Source: Minisyncoccota bacterium
GTDB taxonomy: Bacteria > Patescibacteriota > Minisyncoccia > Phycocordibacterales > UBA9973
Length of the DNA: 49,997 nucleotides
Assembly (NCBI GenBank): GCA_031972835.1
Contig: DALYDX010000002.1
Span: 1-49,997, forward strand
Direction: 5' to 3'
The translations under genes were made by a program, and so were the position numbers. Below are positions 1 through 7,424 of this stretch, one piece after another (positions within the stretch are counted from its first letter, which is position 1; each line of letters opens with the position of its first letter). Below the pieces are notes generated by a model. That model saw nothing but the letters and a program-made list of their open reading frames with translations. It searched no databases and was not told the DNA's origin.

Positions 1-749
1 TTCGCTTTTGTAATCTTAACGCGTTTATTATTCTCATCAAAGAAATATATTCCAGGCCAAGTGAAATACGCTTTGTATTTTGCGTAGTTTAATTTACCAT
101 CTCCATCCAGTTTTATTTCACCATCTTTTTTATTAATTTTCTTGCAATATGTAGCTAAGTCTCCTTGCTGTTCGATTGGGATTATTTCTCCGTTAGTCCA
201 CCGAGGGATTGTGTCTGCCAGCAGCTCAGCTCCGATATGTGTTAGGCGCTCGCGTAGGTGTGGTGTGGTTTCATCTGGGCCGATTTCAGCGCGAGACATA
301 GCAAGTATTGGTCCTGTGTCCATCCCTAGTGCCATCTTTTGGATTGTCACACCAGTTTCAGTTTCAAGGTTTAATATCGCAGATTCGACAGGTGATGCGC
401 CTCTGTGTTTTGGGAGTAGTGAGTAGTGTATATTTAAAATTCCAAGAGGGAACATGCCTATTAGATCTTGTGGAAATATTTTTCCATACGCGACGACGAT
501 TGCAAGTTCTAAACTATAAGTTTTTAGTTGTGAGAAAAATGCGTCGTCGATTTTTTCTGGAGTAAGAACTGGAATATTGTTTTCTTCTGCCCATACTTTC
601 ACTGGAGTAGGTGTGATTGTGAAGTGTCTACCGATTGGCTTGTCGGGAGATGTGACTATAAGCTCAGGTAAAAATCCATGACCTTTCAATATCTCAAGGG
701 TAGTGCTGGCAAGTTCTGGTGTACCAAAGAATACAAATTTTTTATCCAT
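1..749 (-). CDS. fmt: methionyl-tRNA formyltransferase, 3' end cut by window edge
   Basis: Own reverse-strand translation from ATG at 749: MDKKFVFFGTPELASTTLEILKGHGFLPELIVTSPDKPIGRH...ILNIHYSLLPKHRGASPVESAIL. This carries the formyltransferase HxSLLPxxRG motif. It overlaps the def stop by 8 nt, the classic def-fmt pairing. It is absent from the ORF track because it runs off the window. Confidence 0.85.
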   Translation of the reverse strand, partial: MDKKFVFFGTPELASTTLEILKGHGFLPELIVTSPDKPIGRHFTITPTPVKVWAEENNIPVLTPEKIDDAFFSQLKTYSLELAIVVAYGKIFPQDLIGMFPLGILNIHYSLLPKHRGASPVESAILNLETETGVTIQKMALGMDTGPILAMSRAEIGPDETTPHLRERLTHIGAELLADTIPRWTNGEIIPIEQQGDLATYCKKINKKDGEIKLDGDGKLNYAKYKAYFTWPGIYFFDENNKRVKITKA

Positions 750-1281
750 TGTGTTTCTCGGGGATTATTTCTTCTATATGCTCTGCGTGGTCTATAAAAA
801 GTATTCCGTCCAAGTGGTCAGTCTCATGTTGAAATATCTGTGCGAGTAGACCTCCACCTCCGCGAGTAAACTTGTTGCCACCTTCATCGTAGGCTTCTAC
901 TGTTGCATTTTTGTAGCGTTTTGTTTTTCCATATAACCAGCGTACAGAGAGACATCCTTCTGGAACTTTTTTCTTTTCTTTGGAATGTTTGATAATTTTT
1001 GGATTTATAAATACTAAGTCCTTTGGCCAGCCACCAGCAGGTTCTATAGGTTCATCATTTTTTATAAAATCTGGATGAAATATTTTCCCAGAGACGATAA
1101 ATATACGTAGAGGTATCCCAATCTGTGGTGCAGCCAAAGCCACACCGTCATCTTCGCGATGCAGTGCTACGCTCATGTCTTTTAGGATTTTCTGGATCTT
1201 CGGAGAAGCGATATCTTTCTGGTCTACCGCTTGGGCAATCGTGCGAAGTACAGGATCATCTTTTTGCACAATTTTTACCAT
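742..1281 (-). CDS. def: peptide deformylase
   Basis: All three deformylase motifs are present: LAAPQIG, EGCLS and QHETDHLDG (HExxH). Confidence 0.95.
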   Translation of the reverse strand: MVKIVQKDDPVLRTIAQAVDQKDIASPKIQKILKDMSVALHREDDGVALAAPQIGIPLRIFIVSGKIFHPDFIKNDEPIEPAGGWPKDLVFINPKIIKHSKEKKKVPEGCLSVRWLYGKTKRYKNATVEAYDEGGNKFTRGGGGLLAQIFQHETDHLDGILFIDHAEHIEEIIPEKHNG

Positions 1282-1286
1282 AGTTT

Positions 1287-2594
1287 TTATTTTAACTCTT
1301 TTATGTATTCGAGAAGATTTTTGATTTTTACAGTTTCTTGGGATCGTGTAGCCATGTCGCGTACGAGTACTGCATCTTCAAGTGCTTCCTTTTGTCCGAA
1401 TAGGATTGCGTAAGGGATAGCTAGCTTCTCTGCGATTGCGAGCTGTTGAGAGAGTGTGTCTTTTGATAGAGATTGTGCGATAGGGATGTGAGCTTTACGA
1501 AGTATCTCGATCACATTCAAGCTTTTTAGTTTTGCATCTGCACCAAGCTGGATGAAATAGATCTTCGGTTTTTTCATGATGCGAGGAGTGTGTTTTTTAT
1601 ACCAAGGCATAGTCAGTATTCTGTCTACTCCCATAGCCATACCCATCGCAGGAACATCTCTTTTTCCGCCGATTTGTTTTGCTAGGTAATCGTATCTTCC
1701 GCCCCCTGCGATAGTGATAGGTGATCCATCTTCAGATCCACTTGGTTCAATCACTTCAAAAACAGTACGTGTGTAATATGATAGTCCTCGCACTAGACAT
1801 TTATTTATATTGTAAGCAATTCCCATTTCTTCTAGATATTCTAAAACTTCTTTGAAGTGTTTTTTACAATCGTGACATAGATATGCGACGGCATCCGGAG
1901 CGCCTTCGTTGAGCTCTTTTGTCTTTGGATCTTTTGAATCAAGTATGCGAAGAGGGTTGGTCTTCAATCTCTCACGGTCTATTGCAGGTAAAACATTGAT
2001 ATGTTTTTTGTAATAGTTTGTGAGTTCGCGAATATATGTACCTCGACATTCTTTGTCTCCGATTGAGTTTATATCTACAGACAGGTTTGTTGCTCCTGCA
2101 TCTTCGAGGATTGTTACAGTTGTTCGTATTACAAGTGCATCGATAATACTTTTCTCACTTCCTATGGCGTCGAGATCAAATTGGTAGAACTGTCGGTAAC
2201 GGCCTTTTTGCGGTGTGTCGTGACGAAAAGATGGGCCGTATTGGTAAAACATGACTGGCTGAGGCAAGTTCTGCATTCCGTGTTCTATATATGCACGCAT
2301 GAGTGATGCAGTGTGTTCTGGACGCATAGCAAGCTTGTCACCGCCTTTTGTTTTCAATGTGTACATCTCTTTGTCTATAATATCTGTACCCTCACCAATA
2401 GATGAAGTGAAAACTTCTTCGTGTTCAAGTATTGGGGTCTCGATTGGCTTGAAGCCGTAATACATCGCAACCTCTTGAGCTTTTTCGAAAAATCCTTGAA
2501 ATAGATAATAGTCGTCACCGATTATATCGCGCATTCCTTTTGGGCTTGTAGGAGTTTCTTTCTTTACTTTCTTTTGTGGTTCTTTTGTTGTCAT
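1287..2594 (-). CDS. hisS: histidine--tRNA ligase
   Basis: Class II aaRS motifs typical of HisRS: FRHDTPQKGRYRQFYQFD and AGGGRYDYL. 435 aa. Confidence 0.95.
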   Translation of the reverse strand: MTTKEPQKKVKKETPTSPKGMRDIIGDDYYLFQGFFEKAQEVAMYYGFKPIETPILEHEEVFTSSIGEGTDIIDKEMYTLKTKGGDKLAMRPEHTASLMRAYIEHGMQNLPQPVMFYQYGPSFRHDTPQKGRYRQFYQFDLDAIGSEKSIIDALVIRTTVTILEDAGATNLSVDINSIGDKECRGTYIRELTNYYKKHINVLPAIDRERLKTNPLRILDSKDPKTKELNEGAPDAVAYLCHDCKKHFKEVLEYLEEMGIAYNINKCLVRGLSYYTRTVFEVIEPSGSEDGSPITIAGGGRYDYLAKQIGGKRDVPAMGMAMGVDRILTMPWYKKHTPRIMKKPKIYFIQLGADAKLKSLNVIEILRKAHIPIAQSLSKDTLSQQLAIAEKLAIPYAILFGQKEALEDAVLVRDMATRSQETVKIKNLLEYIKELK

Positions 2595-2597
2595 ATA

Positions 2598-3212
2598 TTA
2601 GTTAGATAATTCATAATTGTGATAAATACCTGGTGTGATTGAAGCATTTGAAAAGGGGAAGAGGCGTAAAAAAGTCTTCCCCACGATATGGTCTTCTGGT
2701 AGAGTTCCCCAAGAACGTGAATCAGAACTTGCTGGACGATTGTCACCCATTACGAAATATTCATCTGCGCCGAGAGTACTTCTCGTTTCAGACTGTTTTG
2801 GTACGTTACCTTTTATATATGGTTCATTGAGTTCGAATCCATCCGGGTGATCTTCGTTTGTGATTGTTACTATTCCATCGGCTGCTACATGTACAGTTTC
2901 ACCTGGAAGTCCGATGATTCTTTTTATAAAATATTTCGTCTCATCTTTTGGGTATTTGAATACGATTACATCACCGCGTACTGGTTCGCTTACTCGGTAC
3001 GAAATCTCGTCTACGATCAGATATTCTCCATCTATAAATGTTGGAACCATAGAGCTTCCAGAAACTATAAAAGGCTGTGCAACAAAAGTACGTACAGGTA
3101 TCACTATAAGGAGTGCAATGATTGCAAAACGTAAAATATCCCAGAAACTTTCTTTCTTCTTTTGAGGTATAGCACCTTCGGTATTTTGAATATTTTCTTC
3201 AGTTTGATCCAT
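2598..3212 (-). CDS. lepB: signal peptidase I
   Basis: Contains SGSSMVPT (catalytic Ser box), KRIIGLPGE (Lys box), GDNRPASSDSR and an N-terminal TM helix. The track ORF extends to 3287, but that extension overlaps a hairpin repeat and a TTGTGT-17-TACAAT promoter. The start is therefore moved to the Met of MDQTEEN at 3212. Confidence 0.85.
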   Translation of the reverse strand: MDQTEENIQNTEGAIPQKKKESFWDILRFAIIALLIVIPVRTFVAQPFIVSGSSMVPTFIDGEYLIVDEISYRVSEPVRGDVIVFKYPKDETKYFIKRIIGLPGETVHVAADGIVTITNEDHPDGFELNEPYIKGNVPKQSETRSTLGADEYFVMGDNRPASSDSRSWGTLPEDHIVGKTFLRLFPFSNASITPGIYHNYELSN

Positions 3213-3262
3213 AAAGTGTATTGATTGTACTATGGATAAGGGCTTGACACAACGGCTCGCTT

Positions 3263-3354
3263 GATGGCGTTTTAAAAACCCATACATAAAATGTTGCTAC
3301 ATTTTTGCTTTTCTCGCCTCGCCAGGCTGCGAAGAGGGTTTTTAAAACGCCATC
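3263..3354 (+). repeat. solitary three-helix hairpin module (repeat family member U1)
   Basis: Perfect 19-bp outer stem: GATGGCGTTTTAAAAACCC pairs with GGGTTTTTAAAACGCCATC. Inner hairpins are AAAATGT-tgct-ACATTTT and GCCT-cgcc-AGGC. Layout and loops are shared with modules at 4870-4961, 5000-5091, 36101-36192 and 36230-36322. Confidence 0.8.
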
Positions 3355-3424
3355 TGCGCTCGCTGAGGAAAAGAATTCAGTTAGTTGCGCTCCCTTAGAA
3401 AAATTCGGACTGACACTTATTTTT

Positions 3425-3433
3425 TGCTATACT
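3425..3433 (+). promoter_or_regulatory. extended -10 (TGC TATACT) ending 6 nt before the pth ATG; leaderless architecture
   Basis: The sequence reads tgcTATACTccatacATG. Confidence 0.5.
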
Positions 3434-3439
3434 CCATAC

Positions 3440-4027
3440 ATGAAAATTATTATAGGACTAGGGAATCCTGGGACGGAATACGAAGGTAGTAGGCATAATA
3501 CTGGGCGTTCAATTTTGCTTGCGCTCGCGAAAAAGCTTGATTTTTCAGATTGGAAGACTGATGTGAAGCTGAAAGCCCTGACTTCAACTGGTAGTATTGA
3601 AAAGAAAAAAGTTATGTTTGTATTACCTGAAACTTTTATGAATCTTTCGGGCAAGAGTGTTGCTCCACTTATCACTTCAAAAAAAGCTCTCGATGACTTA
3701 CTCGTCATATATGATGATTTGGATTTACCGCTTGGCAGAATAAAGATTTCTCACAACCGTTCCGCCGGCGGGCACAATGGAGTTGCTTCAATTATCAAGT
3801 CTGTGAAGTCCGAAGCTTTCACTCGTGTACGTGTCGGAGTGTCACCGGAAACTCCAGGAGGTAAATTGAAGAAACCCTCGGGCGAGAATGCAGTGATAGA
3901 TTTCTTGATGAAGAAATTCCGTGAGCCGGAAATGATAGAGTTCAAAAAGATTATTAAAAAAACTGGAGAAGCTATTGAAACTTTTGTGACAGAAGGTCGC
4001 GAGATGGCTATGACCAAACATAATTAA
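3440..4027 (+). CDS. pth: peptidyl-tRNA hydrolase
   Basis: Starts MKIIIGLGNPGTEYEGSRHNTG, the canonical Pth N-terminus. The track ORF starts at 3305, but that extension covers the hairpin repeat and the -10 box. Confidence 0.9.
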   Translation: MKIIIGLGNPGTEYEGSRHNTGRSILLALAKKLDFSDWKTDVKLKALTSTGSIEKKKVMFVLPETFMNLSGKSVAPLITSKKALDDLLVIYDDLDLPLGRIKISHNRSAGGHNGVASIIKSVKSEAFTRVRVGVSPETPGGKLKKPSGENAVIDFLMKKFREPEMIEFKKIIKKTGEAIETFVTEGREMAMTKHN

Positions 4028-4036
4028 ACAAATAAT

Positions 4037-4774
4037 ATGGAAGACAAAGAATATATTTTCGGAAAACATCCAGTAGAAGAATTTTTATCACGGACACCGA
4101 AACGTGTGCAGAAGATTTTTATAAAAGAGGGAATTGAGCCAAGATTTGGTTCGTCACTTAAAATAGTCGCAAAGAAATATAAAATTTCAGTTGTTGAAGT
4201 TGACCTAAAGAAACTTGCGCTACTCTCTGGTGGCGAACAGCATCAAGGTGTTGTGGCGCTTGTCACAGAGACTCCGATGCTTGATTTGAAGGAATGGATT
4301 GCTACTGTAAAGCTTGAAAGAAACCCGTGTGTAGTGCTCATGGATGAGCTAGAAGACCCACACAATGTAGGTGCAATCATCCGTTCTGCGGCAGGGTTCG
4401 GTGCTAGTGCAATACTCATGGCCAAGCACCGTCAGAGTCCTATTACAGGTGTGGTTACGAAAGCTAGTGCAGGTACAACAGACCGAGTACCTCTCGTGCG
4501 TATCGGAAATATCAACGACACTATCGTAAAACTAAAAGAAAAAGGTTTCTGGATTCTGGGACTTGATGGAGAAGGTGATCAGTCACTTTTTGAAATAGAT
4601 TTGAAAATGCCGATATGTATGGTTGTCGGCGGAGAAGGCAAGGGAATTCGTGAGAAGACTCTGGAGAATTGTGATATCAAAGTTCGTATTCCGATGGAGA
4701 ATAAAGTTGAGTCTTTCAATGCATCTGTTTCTGCTGCACTTGTGTTGTATGAATGGAGGAAGCAAAACAAATAA
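4037..4774 (+). CDS. rlmB: TrmH/SpoU-family 23S rRNA 2'-O-methyltransferase (RlmB-like)
   Basis: N-terminal L30e-like substrate-binding segment (IFGKHPVEEFL) plus SpoU motifs DELEDPHNVGAIIRSA, VVGGEGKGIR and ESFNASVSAAL. Confidence 0.8.
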   Translation: MEDKEYIFGKHPVEEFLSRTPKRVQKIFIKEGIEPRFGSSLKIVAKKYKISVVEVDLKKLALLSGGEQHQGVVALVTETPMLDLKEWIATVKLERNPCVVLMDELEDPHNVGAIIRSAAGFGASAILMAKHRQSPITGVVTKASAGTTDRVPLVRIGNINDTIVKLKEKGFWILGLDGEGDQSLFEIDLKMPICMVVGGEGKGIREKTLENCDIKVRIPMENKVESFNASVSAALVLYEWRKQNK

Positions 4775-4786
4775 GAAAACAAATTT

Positions 4787-4803
4787 AAACCCGCAAGGGT
4801 TTT
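4787..4803 (+). terminator. intrinsic terminator after rlmB
   Basis: AAACCC-gcaa-GGGTTT hairpin followed by a T-run. Confidence 0.7.
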
Positions 4804-4835
4804 TGTTTTTTTACAACCCATACCAGGTACTCGGT

Positions 4836-5119
4836 AATCTAGAGTGTAGTTACAGGAAAAATCTTTTTCATCTCCACTATTTAAAAGCACGGATATTTTC
4901 TTGCTAGAAAATTCCTCGAGCTCGTGTCGTTACACTCGCTAGTCTTTTAAATAGTGGGGATCTTTGTGTTTTGAATTCAAGAATTCCTAAATAACTAAAT
5001 CCACACTTTCTAAAAAGCCTTGCGCAGTGCGACGGCACGAGCAGAGCAAAAATCCAGCAGGATTTTATGTGTGCTTTTTAAAAGTGGTGGATAAAAGAAA
5101 ATTTTTCTAGAAACTAGAC
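4836..5119. repeat. about 280-bp composite element A: two hairpin modules (4870-4961, 5000-5091) in opposite orientation
   Basis: The reverse complement matches 36078-36357 at roughly nine positions in ten, by eye. It lies between the convergent 3' ends of rlmB and rpsA. The right end is TTTTCTAGAAAC. Confidence 0.85.
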
Positions 5120-5151
5120 AATAATTAACCACTAACGAGATAGGAGTTGTA

Positions 5152-5176
5152 GACAAAAGAAAACCCCCGAAGGGGA
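5152..5176 (-). terminator. intrinsic terminator after rpsA
   Basis: The minus strand reads CCCC-ttcg-GGGG followed by TTTTCTTTT. The stem is short. Confidence 0.55.
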
Positions 5177-5187
5177 ATTCTTTTAAA

Positions 5188-6288
5188 TTACTTTTTTTCT
5201 TCTAGAAACGCTAGAGTCATGCGTTGCTCCTTTGGTTCAAATAGAGTGATTTGGAAATTATAAGTTTTTCCAAGCTCTAGAACTTCACGAAGTTTTGCTT
5301 CTGATCCAAATAGGGAATTGTGGACAAGTCCAGCAACACCTTCTTTAATAGAAACAAGTGCACCATGACGATTGTATTTGATTACAACACCTTTGATGAT
5401 ATCTCCTTTTTTGAGTTTACCTTCAAATTCATTCCATGGATTTTCTTTGAGTGCTTTGATAGATAGAGAAATTTTTCCATCTTTGATTTCGATTATCTTT
5501 GCTTTTACTTGTTCTCCGATTTTAAACATTGAACGTAAGTCTTCTACGAGACCCCAGTCGATTTCAGAAATGTGTACGAGTCCTTCAAGCCCCTCTTCAA
5601 CTTTCAAGAATACTCCGAAGTCTACGATACCAGCGACAGTTGCATCAAGCTCATCTCCAACTGTGTATTTACCGACGATTTCTTTGCGTTCTTCTGGGTT
5701 ATTGTCTTTTTCAGAGAATATAAGCTTGCCTTCTTTTGGAAGAGCAGAGATTATGATTACTGATATTTTCTTGCCAACAAGTTTTTTGAGTTCTTTTAGA
5801 ATTTTATCCTTGTCAGAGTCTTCAACGCGTGGATAATGTTCTGGTTTTAGTTGTGATGCTGGTAGAAATCCTTGGATACCTTGCCATTCCATTATGAGAC
5901 CGCCTTTGTTTGCTTCTTTTACCAAGATCTCCATAATTGTCTTTTCTTTGATTGCGACTTCAGCTTCGTTCCATAGAAGTGCTTGCTTTGCTTCTTTGAG
6001 TGAAAGTTCTGTATATCCGTCTTCATTTTCAGATTCAACAATCTTTGCTTTTATAACATCGCCAATATTTATTTTCTTGATTATGTCTCGAGCATTGTTG
6101 AATTCGCGTCCGTAAATAACACCAGTTCCATATGGTTCTAGTGCAACATACACAGCTGCTTTTTCTATAGCTATAACTGGTCCTTCGATCAGTGAATCAA
6201 CATCTGGTCTAGGTATACTAGTATCTAGTAGTGCGTCTGTGCCAGTCAGCACGACCTCTTCTTTTGTTTCAATTGTTTTCTTTTTCAT
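5188..6288 (-). CDS. rpsA: 30S ribosomal protein S1 (four S1 domains)
   Basis: Repeated S1/OB motifs (G.V..V..FG.FL/V..EGL.GLVHISE) occur four times. 366 aa. Confidence 0.9.
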   Translation of the reverse strand: MKKKTIETKEEVVLTGTDALLDTSIPRPDVDSLIEGPVIAIEKAAVYVALEPYGTGVIYGREFNNARDIIKKINIGDVIKAKIVESENEDGYTELSLKEAKQALLWNEAEVAIKEKTIMEILVKEANKGGLIMEWQGIQGFLPASQLKPEHYPRVEDSDKDKILKELKKLVGKKISVIIISALPKEGKLIFSEKDNNPEERKEIVGKYTVGDELDATVAGIVDFGVFLKVEEGLEGLVHISEIDWGLVEDLRSMFKIGEQVKAKIIEIKDGKISLSIKALKENPWNEFEGKLKKGDIIKGVVIKYNRHGALVSIKEGVAGLVHNSLFGSEAKLREVLELGKTYNFQITLFEPKEQRMTLAFLEEKK

Positions 6289-6449
6289 AAAATAAAAAAT
6301 CCGCCGCAGCGGAAAATCCTTTTTGAATATGGGTATTTCGGGTTTTATCTCCCAAAAGGGTTATTCCATATTACTCGCTCCGCTCTCTTTCGAGATTAAC
6401 GGCGCGCCTGCTAATAGACACATACTAACAGATTTCTTTTAAAATGCAA
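6289..6449 (-). promoter_or_regulatory. rpsA promoter plus structured leader of about 125 nt ending in a hairpin and U-tract just before the ATG
   Basis: Minus strand has TTGCAT-16-TAGTAT (6422-6449). The leader is GC-rich (agcaggcgcgccg..gagcggagcgag). It contains an ATATGG..CCATAT stem enclosing CCC-tttt-GGG, then CCGC-tgcg-GCGG followed by ATTTTTTATTTT and the ATG. Confidence 0.4.
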
Positions 6450-6515
6450 CTCACTAATTCTACCTACACAGGTAGCTTTTAGGGCCTAAAAAGACTGGTA
6501 AAGATTCGATTTTTC

Positions 6516-6524
6516 TGCTATACT
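6516..6524 (+). promoter_or_regulatory. extended -10 (TGC TATACT) ending 6 nt before the ATG at 6531; leaderless architecture
   Basis: The sequence reads tgcTATACTtcctccATG. Confidence 0.45.
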
Positions 6525-6530
6525 TCCTCC

Positions 6531-7148
6531 ATGATTATCACATATTATGGTAAGCAATTTTTCAAAATCACTCAAGGCGACCTTGTGATTGCTTATAACC
6601 CTATTTCAAAATCAGGTTCTAATTCTCCGTCTCGTTTTGGTTCTGATATTGCACTATCCTCAATCTCACTTCCAGATTATTCTGGTATAGATACAGTTAC
6701 ATATGCAGGCAAAGAACCTTTTGTGGTCAGTGGTGGAGGGGACTATGAAGTAAAAGGTGTCTCAATAAAAGGCTTGGGTGGAGAGATTGAAATCGACAAG
6801 AAAAAATATATCAATACAGTTTATACAATAACTCTCGAAGGTATAAAGATTGCGTTTCTAGGTGCCCTCACAGATTTGAATGATGCATCCAGAGAAATAG
6901 TTTCAGGTTCAGATATATTGTTTGTTCCTGTTTCTGATAAGTTTCTCACACCTGCCAAAGCATACAAGATCGCACTATCGCTAGATCCTATGATCATAAT
7001 CCCAATGGAAGATGCGAGTGGTGCACCACTAAAACAATTCTTGAAAGAGGGAGGTCAGGAAGATGCCGATATTGTCGACAAGCTAACACTCAAGAAAAAA
7101 GATTTTGATGGTAAAGAAGCTGAGATTATAGTAATAAAAGAAGCATAG
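6531..7148 (+). CDS. MBL-fold (UPF0173/Lactamase_B_3-like) protein, metal-ligand motif apparently lost
   Basis: The N-terminus MIITYYGKQFFKITQGDLVIAYNP mirrors the MKITWLGHSCF..I.DP opening of this family. SDIALSSISLPDYSG sits where the HxHxDH motif is expected. Confidence 0.5.
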   Translation: MIITYYGKQFFKITQGDLVIAYNPISKSGSNSPSRFGSDIALSSISLPDYSGIDTVTYAGKEPFVVSGGGDYEVKGVSIKGLGGEIEIDKKKYINTVYTITLEGIKIAFLGALTDLNDASREIVSGSDILFVPVSDKFLTPAKAYKIALSLDPMIIIPMEDASGAPLKQFLKEGGQEDADIVDKLTLKKKDFDGKEAEIIVIKEA

Positions 7149-7412
7149 ATGTTAAACCAAATAGAAAAGTTAAGACATAAACCTGAAGGTGTGCGAAAAA
7201 ATATCTTACTGATTACCACTTTCATCATAACAGGATTTATAGTTTTAATTTGGGCTTATACTTTGCAATTTAGATTCAATAGCGTGGCAGCAAAAAAACC
7301 TGATAGTAGTATAGAGTCACCAAAACCAATTACACTTATCACTGGGTCTATACAGAAATCAATATCAGATATAAAATCAAATACATCTGTGTATTTCAAT
7401 AAAGAACAATAG
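7149..7412 (+). CDS. hypothetical small membrane protein (1 TM)
   Basis: Its ATG abuts the upstream stop. It has one hydrophobic helix, NILLITTFIITGFIVLIWAY. Confidence 0.5.
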   Translation: MLNQIEKLRHKPEGVRKNILLITTFIITGFIVLIWAYTLQFRFNSVAAKKPDSSIESPKPITLITGSIQKSISDIKSNTSVYFNKEQ

Positions 7413-7424
7413 TTAAAGATATTT

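Noticed and set aside
3213-3439. N-terminal extensions of lepB (to 3287) and pth (from 3305) in the ORF track.
   Set aside because: The extensions run through the hairpin repeat and the promoter hexamers. Canonical protein N-termini begin at the downstream Met codons (3212 and 3440). The extensions of the lipoprotein gene (14327), the SPFH-like gene (15608) and the GT-C gene (18522) were rejected on the same logic.
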